From Aquifex aeolicus VF5 (GTDB lineage: Bacteria; Aquificota; Aquificia; Aquificales; Aquificaceae): a DNA stretch of 32,000 nt. Each line of letters opens with the position of its first letter. Within the stretch, counting starts at the first letter, position 1. Positions 8,584-19,244 of this stretch are shown here, piece after piece. The position numbers were made by a program, and so were the translations under genes. The notes beneath the pieces were generated by a model. That model searched no databases. It had not been told where the DNA came from and worked only from the letters and a program-made list of their open reading frames with translations. The stretch is from positions 120,001-152,000 of the forward strand of contig NC_000918.1 of NCBI RefSeq assembly GCF_000008625.1. The letters run 5' to 3'.

Positions 8584-9513
8584 ATGGACATTTTAGAAAG
8601 AACTTTCAAAAAATTAACGAGACTTAAGGATAACCTTCAGGACCTTTCTCAGGAAGAAGCCTATGAAGTATTTAGGGCTATACTTGAAGGTAAACTCTCA
8701 GATATAAAGACAACTGCCTTCCTGACAGCCATGAGGATAAAGGGGGAAACTTCTGAGGAACTCCTCGGTGTAATTAAGGCAATTAAAGAGAGAATGAATT
8801 TTCCGCAGAAGAAAGAGGACGCCTTAGACCTCGGTCTGAACTATGACGGGAAGAACAGGACCATTTATATCCTTCCCTCTGCCCTGTGGCTCTGTTCAAG
8901 ACTCGGTGTAGAGTTCACAAACCACTACGCTCTTGGAGCTCCAACGAAAGAAGGTGTTACCCTCTACGAAGTAGTTAAGGAACTTGGTGTAGATATGAAC
9001 GTATCCTTTGTAGACCAAAAGAATTACGCACCGGAGCTATACAAACTCATGCCTCTGAGAAGAGAACTCGGTTTCAGGAGCTTGATAAACACGGTAGAAA
9101 AGTTTCTAAATCCCTTTCAGACTAAAAAGATTGTCGTTTCTATCTTTCACAAGCCGTACTTTGATAAGAACGCAGAGCTTCTTGAGCTCCTCGGGATTGA
9201 AGACTACACAATTATCAAGGGGCTTGAGGGCGGGATTGAGCCTCTCCCTGATAGACCCACGCTCGTAAAGAAGAGAGGGAAGGACATAGAAAGTATAGAA
9301 CCTAAATCCCTCGGTCTTGAAATGCCCAAGGATGTTCATTCTGAAAACGTCCTGAGGGATTCGCTTGAGATAAACAGAAAGATAATTGATGGTAGAGAGA
9401 GGGGAGAGTTCTTCAACTGGGCGCTTTACACGGCGGGGGTATTGCTCTACGCGGCAGGGGAGTGCGAAAGTGTGGAAGAGGGGGTAGGAAGGGTAGAGAA
9501 AGAATCCACCTGA
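8584..9513 (+). CDS. Anthranilate phosphoribosyltransferase-like (TrpD2/YbiB-type) protein
   Basis: 309 aa; 'EAYEVFRAILEGKLSDIKTTAFLTAMRIKGETSEELLGV' typical of the TrpD N-terminal helical domain; degenerate PRPP/anthranilate motifs. Confidence 0.75.
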   Translation: MDILERTFKKLTRLKDNLQDLSQEEAYEVFRAILEGKLSDIKTTAFLTAMRIKGETSEELLGVIKAIKERMNFPQKKEDALDLGLNYDGKNRTIYILPSALWLCSRLGVEFTNHYALGAPTKEGVTLYEVVKELGVDMNVSFVDQKNYAPELYKLMPLRRELGFRSLINTVEKFLNPFQTKKIVVSIFHKPYFDKNAELLELLGIEDYTIIKGLEGGIEPLPDRPTLVKKRGKDIESIEPKSLGLEMPKDVHSENVLRDSLEINRKIIDGRERGEFFNWALYTAGVLLYAAGECESVEEGVGRVEKEST

Positions 9514-9603
9514 AACAAAAATGTAGCTACAAAATTGTACGCAAAGCGTCTCCACAATCAGAGAAAAGTTTCCAAGAACTGTTAAAACAGAACGGGGAGA
9601 ATT

Positions 9604-9619
9604 TGGCACGCTTTTTGCA
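9604..9619 (+). promoter_or_regulatory. Sigma-54 (-24/-12) promoter upstream of the globin operon
   Basis: TGGCAC-GCTTT-TTGCA, perfect -24/-12 match, 28 bp before the globin ATG. Confidence 0.92.
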
Positions 9620-9646
9620 ATTAGTTTGAGTGAAGGAGGTGAAAAG

Positions 9647-10066
9647 ATGTTGTCCGAGGAGACTATCAGGGTCATTAAGTCAACTGTCCCTCTTCTGAAA
9701 GAGCATGGTACGGAGATAACTGCTAGGATGTACGAATTGCTGTTTTCAAAGTATCCTAAAACTAAGGAGTTATTTGCAGGGGCTTCGGAGGAACAACCAA
9801 AGAAGCTTGCAAACGCCATAATAGCCTACGCTACCTACATTGATAGGCTAGAGGAGCTTGATAACGCTATCTCAACGATAGCCAGGAGTCATGTGCGAAG
9901 AAATGTAAAGCCGGAACATTATCCGCTGGTTAAAGAATGTCTCTTACAGGCAATTGAAGAGGTTTTAAATCCTGGGGAGGAAGTTCTCAAAGCATGGGAA
10001 GAGGCGTACGATTTTCTTGCTAAAACGCTTATAACCCTAGAGAAAAAACTTTATAGCCAGCCTTAG
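9647..10066 (+). CDS. Single-domain globin (thermoglobin/flavohemoglobin-like haem domain)
   Basis: 'IRVIKSTVPLLKEHGTEITARMYELLFSKYPKTKELFAG' with proximal-His region 'RSHVRRNVKPEHYPLVKECLLQAI'. ATG at 9647 is preceded by AAGGAGGTG and preferred over the track start at 9626. Confidence 0.9.
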   Translation: MLSEETIRVIKSTVPLLKEHGTEITARMYELLFSKYPKTKELFAGASEEQPKKLANAIIAYATYIDRLEELDNAISTIARSHVRRNVKPEHYPLVKECLLQAIEEVLNPGEEVLKAWEEAYDFLAKTLITLEKKLYSQP

Positions 10067-10078
10067 GGAGGTCTAATT

Positions 10079-10528
10079 ATGAGGAGCGATATAGGAAGGC
10101 TCTCTAAGTACTTAATTGAAAGGAAAAAGAATCTTGGTCTTACGTGGGAAGATGTAAGCAGAAAGCTTGGGAAAAGCCCCGTTTATTGTGCAATGCTCTT
10201 CTATGGATACGCTCAGGCCGACGATGAAGAGGTTAAAGCTGTAGCTGAGCTTTTGAATCTGGAAGAGAAGGAGCTCGCGGAGCTGAAAGATGCCCCATAC
10301 AGAGAACCTCAGCAACCCGTCCCGCCTACGGATCCCTTCGTTTACAGGCTCTATGAAGTTGTTATTCTCTACGGACCGGCTTTAAAAGATGTAGCCCACG
10401 AAATGTTCGGGGACGGGATAATGAGTGCTATAGATATGAGCGTTGAGCTTGAAAAAGTTGAGCAGGAGGGGGCTGAGCGTATGGTTTTAACCTTTAATGG
10501 CAAATGGCTGAAGTACAGGAAGTTTTAA
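10079..10528 (+). CDS. cynS: Cyanate hydratase (cyanase)
   Basis: 149 aa; 'GLTWEDVSRKLGKSPVYCAMLFYGYAQ', 'PTDPFVYRLYEVVILYGPALKDVAHEMFGDGIMSAIDMSVELEK'. Confidence 0.96.
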   Translation: MRSDIGRLSKYLIERKKNLGLTWEDVSRKLGKSPVYCAMLFYGYAQADDEEVKAVAELLNLEEKELAELKDAPYREPQQPVPPTDPFVYRLYEVVILYGPALKDVAHEMFGDGIMSAIDMSVELEKVEQEGAERMVLTFNGKWLKYRKF

Positions 10529-10543
10529 AGGGAGGATTTAGAA

Positions 10544-11161
10544 ATGGAAGAGCTCTTGGCAATTGTCAGGAAGGAAAAGTCTTACGATGTGATGAAATCC
10601 TTATCTGAGGCTGAGATACCTTACGTTTCCTGGACTGTGAAGGGGAGGGGGAAGGAGGGGGGACTCAGATATAAAGGTCTTATTAAAGAAAAGGTCCTCA
10701 TGCCTTTCCTGCCAAAAAGGGCTTTCTTGGTCTTTCCCGAGGAGGGCAAAGTAAATGAGGCTGTGAACCTTATCGTTGAAAGTGCTCACACGGGTGCTTA
10801 CGGAGATGGGAAGGTCTTTTTGATAAACCAGGAGGTAGGCGTTATGAAACTTGTAAAGGCTGTTATAAGACCTGAGAAAGTCTACGAAGTAATTAAGGCT
10901 CTCGAGAGCGAAGGATTTAAAGCTATGACCATGTGGGATGTGGTAGGAAGAGGAAAGGAGGGGGGGATCTTGGTGGGAGGGACTCCTTACGACGAGCTCG
11001 CTAAGACGCTCATCATGGTCGCGGTAAAGGATGAGGACGTTGACAAGGTTATACAGAGCATAACGAAAGCTGCGCACACGGGTGCTTACGGAGATGGGAA
11101 GGTGTTCGTTTGCAGCATTTCAAAAGTTTGGACCATAAGGACTAAGGAGGAGGAGCTATGA
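10544..11161 (+). CDS. Fused tandem PII-family regulator (NifI2-like + NifI1-like domains)
   Basis: 205 aa; two PII copies. Copy 2 starts at Met101 (about nt 10844): 'MKLVKAVIRPEKVYEVIKALESEGFKAMTMWDVVGRGKEGGI...TGAYGDGKVFVCSISKVWTIRT'. Copy 1: 'LLAIVRKEKSYDVMKSL...VKGRGKEGGLRYKG...TGAYGDGKVF'. Confidence 0.9.
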   Translation: MEELLAIVRKEKSYDVMKSLSEAEIPYVSWTVKGRGKEGGLRYKGLIKEKVLMPFLPKRAFLVFPEEGKVNEAVNLIVESAHTGAYGDGKVFLINQEVGVMKLVKAVIRPEKVYEVIKALESEGFKAMTMWDVVGRGKEGGILVGGTPYDELAKTLIMVAVKDEDVDKVIQSITKAAHTGAYGDGKVFVCSISKVWTIRTKEEEL

Positions 11162-12585
11162 ATTTCCTGAAGGAGATAATTGAAGCAATTAAGAAGGGAA
11201 ATCCAAAAGCTCTGTTTGCCAGTTTTATATACTTTGACCATTCATTCAGTATATGGCTACTCTTAGGAGCTCTTGGACCTTTTATAGCTGAGTCCTTCGG
11301 ACTCTCAGGAGCCCAAAAAGGTTTTATGGTTGCAATTCCCGTAATAGCCGCAGCCATATTCAGACTCAACTTCGGACATATGTTCCAGTATATAGACGGG
11401 AAGTACATAGCGATAATGGGCATAATCCTTTCCTCTATCCCTCACCTTTACATGATACTCAGCGGATATCGTGTAACCTACGATGACCTTCTCTGGATGG
11501 GGGTTTTTCTCGGTATCGCAGGAGCAAGCTTTGCGATAGCCCTCCCTATGGCGGGAAGTAACTACCCGAAAGAGGTTCAAGGACTCGTACTTGGACTTGC
11601 CGCGGCGGGAAACATAGGAGCTGTTTTAGACGGTATACTCTTTCCTCCTATTGCAAGGTCCATCGGTTGGGAAAATACCTTCGTTCTTTCGGGAATACTC
11701 CTTCTTATAGCCCTGTTTTTTGTCGTTATCTGGGCGCGGGACCTTACCAAGAAGAACGAAGGGAATAGGTTTTATCCCGTATTTGCATTCTTTGCCACTA
11801 TAGCTTTTATGGTAATACTGGCTCTCGGTTTTCAAAAGGGATGGTTCGGTATAACCGGAAACGCTGGAAAACTCCTCATACCGGTACTTGGTTCTGTATT
11901 TGCTATACTCCTTATGCCTCTTGCCTTTAAAAAGGTGTTCCTGGAAAGGGACACGTGGGTACTTATGCTCGCTTACTCCATAACTTTCGGCGGTTTTGTA
12001 GGAATGTCCTCGTACGTGGCTATGCTCCTTAGGGACATATACGGTATATCCAAAGTGGAGGCAGGAGCTCTTATGTCCCTTTTTGCCTTTACGGGTGCGA
12101 TGATAAGACCTCTGGGGGGACATATCGCGGATAAAATAAGCGGAGCTACAGCACTTCTCTTTTTCCTCGCGGGCATAGCGGGAGTTAACTTCATATTTTC
12201 CCTCGTAACACCGCCTCTGGCGGTAGGTATAGTTTTATTCCTTGCACTCTACTCCTTCTATGGACTTGGAAACGGTGCTGTATTTCAGCTCGTTCCTCAC
12301 AGGTGGCCATATCAAACTGGACTTATGACGGGAATAATCGGAGCTGCCGGAGGTATCGGTGGTTTTTACCTGCCCGTTGTAAACGGAATAGTCTTTGAGT
12401 CCACGGGAGCTTACAACCTGGCGTTTGCACTCTTCGGAGGAATAGCCCTGCTGTGTCTCCTTATAGTTAAGCTTCTTCATGCTCGCTGGATGGAATGGGC
12501 CTACGTTCGCTACGACTACGAAAAAGAAACGTTGGTTGGTATTGATCCTAAGAGTGGAAGGGTAATTATGGAGTTGGCAAGATGA
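11158..12585 (+). CDS. nasA: MFS nitrate/nitrite transporter (NarK/NasA family)
   Basis: 475 aa, about 12 hydrophobic segments; 'RLNFGHMFQYIDGK', 'AGASFAIALPMAGSNYPKEVQGLVLGLAAAGNIGAVLDG'; 4-nt overlap with upstream gene. Confidence 0.9.
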   Translation: MNFLKEIIEAIKKGNPKALFASFIYFDHSFSIWLLLGALGPFIAESFGLSGAQKGFMVAIPVIAAAIFRLNFGHMFQYIDGKYIAIMGIILSSIPHLYMILSGYRVTYDDLLWMGVFLGIAGASFAIALPMAGSNYPKEVQGLVLGLAAAGNIGAVLDGILFPPIARSIGWENTFVLSGILLLIALFFVVIWARDLTKKNEGNRFYPVFAFFATIAFMVILALGFQKGWFGITGNAGKLLIPVLGSVFAILLMPLAFKKVFLERDTWVLMLAYSITFGGFVGMSSYVAMLLRDIYGISKVEAGALMSLFAFTGAMIRPLGGHIADKISGATALLFFLAGIAGVNFIFSLVTPPLAVGIVLFLALYSFYGLGNGAVFQLVPHRWPYQTGLMTGIIGAAGGIGGFYLPVVNGIVFESTGAYNLAFALFGGIALLCLLIVKLLHARWMEWAYVRYDYEKETLVGIDPKSGRVIMELAR

Positions 12586-14582
12586 AGAGGTTTCAATGTC
12601 CTTACTGCGGTGTAGGATGCGGTCTTTACATAAACGAGAAGGGTAAGGTGAAAGGGGATTTTGAACATCCCGCTAATCTCGGGGACATCTGTAAGAAGCC
12701 CTTGTATTTACCGAAGGTACTGAATAGGGGAAGGATAGCGAAGCCCATGTACAGGGAAAATAAGAGTCACAGCTTCAGGGAAATAAGTTGGGAGGAAGCT
12801 TACGAGATACTAAAAGAGAAGCTCATCTCCTTTTCTCCCGACGAAACTTACTTTTATCTTTCGGGACAACTTTTAACGGAGGATATATACGTAGCAAACA
12901 AGTTCGTTAAAGGTTTTCTCAGAACCAATAACGTTGACGCAAACTCAAGACTTTGTATGGCTTCTGCAGTTACCGCTTACAAACTCGCTTTTGGTTCCGA
13001 CGGTGTTCCCTGTACGTACGAGGACGTGGACGATGCGGATGCCTTCCTTTTTATAGGTTCTAACGCTGCCGTAGCTCATCCTGTTCTTTTTAAAAGGGTT
13101 CTGAAGAGGAGGAAGGAAGAAGAAAAAGTAATTATAGTAACCGTAGATCCGCTGGAAACGGAAACCGCCAAAAGGAGCGATGTTTTCATTCAAATAAAAG
13201 CTGGAACGGATACGGTTTTCCTCAACTCCGTTTTATACGTTCTGCATAAGGAGGGGTGGATAGATTACCGCTTTATTTACAACTACACGGAGGGATTTGA
13301 AGAGGCTCTGGAAGTTGCCATGAAATTCCCTCCAGATGTGGCCGCCAGCATTTGTAGCGTCAAACCGGAAGACGTATACCTCGTAGCGGAGCTCTTTGCC
13401 CACAGTAAAAAACTTATCTCCTTCTGGTGTCAAGGGTTAAATCAGTCCTTAAATGGGACTATGAAAAATCTGGCTTTGATAAACCTCCACTTGGCCACCG
13501 GAAGGCTCAACGAAAAGGGATGTCCCTTTTCCTTAACCGGTCAACCGAACGCCATGGGAGGTAGAGAAGTAGGTTATCTCACAAACGGTCTTCCCGGATA
13601 CAGAGATGTCAGGAATAAGGCGGACAGAGCATTTATGGAGAAATTCTGGGGCGTTAAAGGTATAAAGAAAGAGCCGGGACCCACAATTACGGAAGCGATA
13701 GACATGATTCTAAAAGACAGAATAAAGTTTCTCTGGGTGGTATGCACAAATCCCGCGGTGTCTTTACCCAACTTAGAAAAAGTTAAAAGGGCTCTTGAGA
13801 AGGTTTTCTTAGTAGTTCAGGACGCTTACTGGAATGACACCTGCGAGTTTGCAAATTTAATACTGCCCGCCGCACAACTGGGAGAAAAAGAAGGAGTTAT
13901 GACTGGTTCCGATAGAACTGTTACATTTTGTGAGCGTTTTTCCGAGCCTTTTGGTGAATCAAAGCCAGACTGGCTCATATTTACTGAGCTTGCAAGAAAG
14001 ATGGGAGCCGAAGAGCTTTTCCCTTACTCTTCTCCAAAGGAAATATTTGAGGAATTTAAAGCCTCAACCAAGGGGAGATTGTGCGACATGAGTAATTTAT
14101 CCTACGAAAACCTTCCCGCAAGGTGGGGCAAAAGATGGCTCTATGAAGACCTAAAATTCCCAACGGAAAGCGGAAAAGCAAGATTTCACCCCGCACGGGT
14201 AGATGTGGCAGCTGAAGAAGGGATGTTTATACTTCTGACGGGAAGATTAAAGAACAACTGGCACACTATGACGAGAACTGGAAAGAGCCCGGAACTGTTG
14301 AAAGGTGAAATTCCACCTTTTGTGATAATGAATCCCAGAGACGCGGAGGAACTGGGAATAGAGGAAGGAGAGGAAGTGATACTGAGTGCAAAGGGAAAAG
14401 AAATAACCAGAGTTGTCAGGTTCGGAAACGTAAAAAGAGGACACATATTCGCACCTTTCGGTTATCCTTCCGAATACGGAGAGCCTACTAATTTGTTAAC
14501 GTCCGACAGAACGGATCCTTACTCAAAGGAGCCGGATCTTAAGTACTCAGGGGTAGATGTGTTTGTAAAAGTAAATAGGTGA
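12582..14582 (+). CDS. narB: Assimilatory nitrate reductase, molybdopterin/[4Fe-4S] catalytic subunit
   Basis: 666 aa; 'CPYCGVGCGLYI', 'NVDANSRLCMASAVTAYKLAFGSD', 'GTDTVFLNSVLYVL', C-terminal 'PTNLLTSDRTDPYSKEPDLKYSGV'. No Tat signal seen. Confidence 0.92.
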   Translation: MKRFQCPYCGVGCGLYINEKGKVKGDFEHPANLGDICKKPLYLPKVLNRGRIAKPMYRENKSHSFREISWEEAYEILKEKLISFSPDETYFYLSGQLLTEDIYVANKFVKGFLRTNNVDANSRLCMASAVTAYKLAFGSDGVPCTYEDVDDADAFLFIGSNAAVAHPVLFKRVLKRRKEEEKVIIVTVDPLETETAKRSDVFIQIKAGTDTVFLNSVLYVLHKEGWIDYRFIYNYTEGFEEALEVAMKFPPDVAASICSVKPEDVYLVAELFAHSKKLISFWCQGLNQSLNGTMKNLALINLHLATGRLNEKGCPFSLTGQPNAMGGREVGYLTNGLPGYRDVRNKADRAFMEKFWGVKGIKKEPGPTITEAIDMILKDRIKFLWVVCTNPAVSLPNLEKVKRALEKVFLVVQDAYWNDTCEFANLILPAAQLGEKEGVMTGSDRTVTFCERFSEPFGESKPDWLIFTELARKMGAEELFPYSSPKEIFEEFKASTKGRLCDMSNLSYENLPARWGKRWLYEDLKFPTESGKARFHPARVDVAAEEGMFILLTGRLKNNWHTMTRTGKSPELLKGEIPPFVIMNPRDAEELGIEEGEEVILSAKGKEITRVVRFGNVKRGHIFAPFGYPSEYGEPTNLLTSDRTDPYSKEPDLKYSGVDVFVKVNR

Positions 14583-14584
14583 AT

Positions 14585-16105
<1,521 letters not shown>

Positions 16106-16121
16106 CTAATAAAAAATTTAA

Positions 16122-16574
16122 TTACTTGGTTCCCGTGCTCCCAAATCCTCCCTCTCCCCTTTGGGTTTGACTCACTTCCTCCACCTCCACGACTTCCACC
16201 CTCTGAACTGGTGCGATAACGAGCTGGGCTATCCTCTCCCCTCTCTCTATCACCACCTCTTCATTTCCCAAGTTTACAAGTATCACCTTTACCTCCCCCC
16301 TGTAGTCCGCGTCTATAGTTCCCGGAGCGTTTAAAACTGTAAGTCCCTTTTTCCAGGCCAGACCACTCCTTGGCCTCACCTGTCCCTCATAACCTTCGGG
16401 GATTTCCAATATTAAACCCGTGGGTATCAATACCCTTTCAAAGGGCTTTATTTTTAGGGGTTTTTCAATTGCAGCCCTCAGGTCGAGTCCCGAAGAGTGG
16501 GGAGTTGCGTACGAAGGAAGAGGTAGGTCTTGAGCGTGGGGAAGGCGTTTTATTTTGAGTATTACTTTAGACAT
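16122..16574 (-). CDS. dut: Deoxyuridine 5'-triphosphate nucleotidohydrolase (dUTPase)
   Basis: 150 aa; '[10 protein letters not shown]', '[38 protein letters not shown]', '[14 protein letters not shown]', '[10 protein letters not shown]'. Confidence 0.97.
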   Translation of the reverse strand: MSKVILKIKRLPHAQDLPLPSYATPHSSGLDLRAAIEKPLKIKPFERVLIPTGLILEIPEGYEGQVRPRSGLAWKKGLTVLNAPGTIDADYRGEVKVILVNLGNEEVVIERGERIAQLVIAPVQRVEVVEVEEVSQTQRGEGGFGSTGTK

Positions 16575-18900
16575 CGTCCGTGAACTTGGGTCTTCCCTGT
16601 TCGTCTATTTCAACAACTTTGACTTTTACTACGTCTCCTACCTTGTACTTTTGCCTTGCATCCTTTACCCTTTCCTTCATCTTTGAAACATGCAAGAGTC
16701 CCACCTTTCCGGGGGCGTACTCTATGAAGGCACCGTATGGCTCTACTCTAACAACTTTACCTTCGTATACATCTCCTACTTTAGGTTTTACCTCCTTCTT
16801 TTCGGTACCTACGTCTTCTATCCCTATTGTTGTAAACCTCGGTCTTCCAAGTTCGTCGAGGTCTAGAACCTTAACTATTATTTCCTCTCCTACTTTGTAC
16901 TTTTCGGTTGCGCTCCTTACGGGTTCTGCCATCTTGGAAACGTGGAGGAGTCCTATCTTTCCTGGCCAGAGTTCAACGAACACTCCGTACGGTTCTACCC
17001 TCGTTATGGTTCCCTTGTAAACGGCACCTACCTCAACTTCCCTTACTATGTCCTGAATCATTTGTTTGGCTTTTTCCACGTCACCGCCGGGAAATACAAA
17101 AAGGTAAACCTTTCCTTGTTCACCTACCCATACCTTAACGCCCGTCTCGTCGTAAATCTTCTTAACGGTTGAACCGCCCGGCCCTATTATGAGGGGAGCT
17201 TTTTCTTCGGGAACGTCTACAACTTCAACCTTCGGCGTGTAGGGGTGAGGCTCTTTTCTCGGCTCGGGTATAGCTTCGTACATCTTCTCAAGTATGTAGA
17301 GCCTTCCTTCCCTTGCCTGTTTAAGAGCGTCGAGCATTATCTCTTTTGTAATTCCCTTTACCTTTATGTCCATTTGAACGGAAGTAATTCCGTCTTTAGT
17401 TCCCGCAACCTTGAAGTCCATATCGCCGAGGTGGTCCTCGTCCCCCAGTATGTCAGAGAGTATAACGTATCTGTCCTTTTCAAGGATAAGTCCCATGGCT
17501 ATGCCGGCCACATGTTTGTTGTCCTTCATGGGAACGCCGGCGTCAAAGAGAGCCAAGGATGCACCACAAACCGTGGCCATGGAAGTGGAGCCGTTAGACT
17601 CGAGTATGTCGGACACAACCCTTATTATGAAGGGGTACTCCTCTTCGGGAGGAAGTAATGGTTCTATTGCCCTCTCCGCAAGGGCTCCGTGTCCGATTTC
17701 CCTTCTCCTCGGAGGACCCCAGGGTTTTGCCTCACCAACGGAAAAGGGAGGCATACTGTAGTGGAGCATGAATCTCTTGAAGACTTCCCCTTCCGCTATG
17801 GTTTCTATTATCAGGGCTTCGTCCGGTGTTCCGAGGGTTACCGTAACGTAAGCCTGCGTCTGTCCTCTTGTAAATATGGCATTTCCGTGGGGTCTTTCGA
17901 AGGGATGTACCTCTATCCATATAGGTCTTATCTCGTTGGGTTTCCTTCCGTCTATCCTTACGCCTTCTTTTAGAACCTTTTCACGCATTAACCTGCTTTC
18001 GAGTTTCTTGTAGAAGTACTTAACCGCAAAGTGAAGTTCTTCGGGGATTTGGTGAGCTTCTATAAATTCCTCAACTATCTTGTCTAAGGTTGAATACCTT
18101 TCTTTTTTATCTTTTATGTTAAAGGCCTCAAGGATTTTTGGAGTACACTCTTCTTCAAGGGCCTTGAGTATATCTTCGGGAAGTTCAACCTTCTGATACT
18201 CAAACTTGGGTTTCCCTACCTTTTCCCTCAGTCTTTCCTGAGCTTCTATAACCTCCTTTATTGCGTCAAGTCCGAAGAACAGGGCGTCTGCGAGAACCTC
18301 TTCTGGTATCTCCTTTCCTCCGCCTTCCACCATTACGATGGCGTCTTTTGTTCCCGCCATTACTATGTCGAGATCCGCTTCCTTCCTCTGTTCGTAGGTG
18401 GGGTTAGCCACGAACTCCCCGTTTACCCTACAGACTCTGACTCCCGCGATGGGACCTTCGAAGGGAATTCTGGATATGTGGAGGGCTGCGGAAGCACCGG
18501 TTATTGCAAGAACGTCCGGGTCGTACTTATCATCCGCGGATAAAGTGAGGGCGGTTATTATAACATCGTGGAAAAATCCTTCGGGAAAGAGAGGTCTTAT
18601 TGGTCTGTCTATTACTCTGGAGACCAATATCTCCCTGTCGGTGGGTTTTCCTTCCCTCTTTGTGAAGCCTCCGGGTATCCTACCGTACGCAGAAGCCCTT
18701 TCCCTGTAGTCTACCGCCAGGGGGGTAAAGTCAACGTCCGTTATGGGCTCGTCCGACATAACCGCGGTCACGAGAACCGCGGTACCGCCCTGCCTGACTA
18801 CTACGGAACCGTCGGTGAGTTTTGCGTACTTTCCAGTCTCTATAATAATAGGCTCTTCGGAGTTTCCTATCCTCGCTTTTTCCTCCACACTCATGTTCAC
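16567..18900 (-). CDS. pnp: Polyribonucleotide nucleotidyltransferase with two C-terminal S1 domains
   Basis: 777 aa (GTG start; ATG two codons in); '[56 protein letters not shown]', KH '[16 protein letters not shown]', then two S1 repeats. Confidence 0.98.
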   Translation of the reverse strand: MNMSVEEKARIGNSEEPIIIETGKYAKLTDGSVVVRQGGTAVLVTAVMSDEPITDVDFTPLAVDYRERASAYGRIPGGFTKREGKPTDREILVSRVIDRPIRPLFPEGFFHDVIITALTLSADDKYDPDVLAITGASAALHISRIPFEGPIAGVRVCRVNGEFVANPTYEQRKEADLDIVMAGTKDAIVMVEGGGKEIPEEVLADALFFGLDAIKEVIEAQERLREKVGKPKFEYQKVELPEDILKALEEECTPKILEAFNIKDKKERYSTLDKIVEEFIEAHQIPEELHFAVKYFYKKLESRLMREKVLKEGVRIDGRKPNEIRPIWIEVHPFERPHGNAIFTRGQTQAYVTVTLGTPDEALIIETIAEGEVFKRFMLHYSMPPFSVGEAKPWGPPRRREIGHGALAERAIEPLLPPEEEYPFIIRVVSDILESNGSTSMATVCGASLALFDAGVPMKDNKHVAGIAMGLILEKDRYVILSDILGDEDHLGDMDFKVAGTKDGITSVQMDIKVKGITKEIMLDALKQAREGRLYILEKMYEAIPEPRKEPHPYTPKVEVVDVPEEKAPLIIGPGGSTVKKIYDETGVKVWVGEQGKVYLFVFPGGDVEKAKQMIQDIVREVEVGAVYKGTITRVEPYGVFVELWPGKIGLLHVSKMAEPVRSATEKYKVGEEIIVKVLDLDELGRPRFTTIGIEDVGTEKKEVKPKVGDVYEGKVVRVEPYGAFIEYAPGKVGLLHVSKMKERVKDARQKYKVGDVVKVKVVEIDEQGRPKFTDDV

Positions 18901-19169
18901 TTAACCTTGAGGTTTAGTTTTTGAACTACTTCCAGATACTTTGCGTAATCGGTTTCCCTCAAGTACTCAAGAAGCTTCCTTCTTTTGTTTACCATAGCAA
19001 TCAATCCCCTTCTGGAGTGTATGTCTTTTTTATGCTTCTTCATGTGTTCTGTGAGCCTGTTTATACGCTCCGTTAGTATGGCTATCTGAACTTCGGGAGA
19101 ACCTGTATCTTGCTCGTGTCTCTGGAACTGTCTTATCAAGTCCCACTTAACGTCCTTGGGCAGAACCAT
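18897..19169 (-). CDS. rpsO: 30S ribosomal protein S15
   Basis: 90 aa; '[50 protein letters not shown]'. Confidence 0.98.
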   Translation of the reverse strand: MVLPKDVKWDLIRQFQRHEQDTGSPEVQIAILTERINRLTEHMKKHKKDIHSRRGLIAMVNKRRKLLEYLRETDYAKYLEVVQKLNLKVK

Positions 19170-19213
19170 CTTCCCATATACCTCCGTCTTTTCTTAGAAT
19201 TGAGCAAATAAAT

Positions 19214-19244
19214 ATTATAAGGAATTTTTAAGTAGTTTTGTAAA
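19214..19244 (-). promoter_or_regulatory. Candidate sigma-70-type promoter for rpsO-pnp-dut
   Basis: Minus strand TTTACA (19244-19239), 19-bp spacer, TATAAT (19219-19214), about 45 bp upstream of the rpsO start. Spacer is longer than ideal. Confidence 0.45.

Noticed and set aside
9106-9819. 237-aa minus-strand ORF spanning the TrpD2-like 3' end, sigma-54 promoter and globin start
   Set aside because: It overlaps two well-supported genes and a promoter on the other strand, and the product has no recognisable domain.
11626-12123. 165-aa antisense ORF within nasA, and similar shadow ORFs (10601-11077, 17245-17658, 17411-17761, 19822-20133)
   Set aside because: Typical mirror ORFs of strongly coding sequence; no motif or ribosome-binding support.
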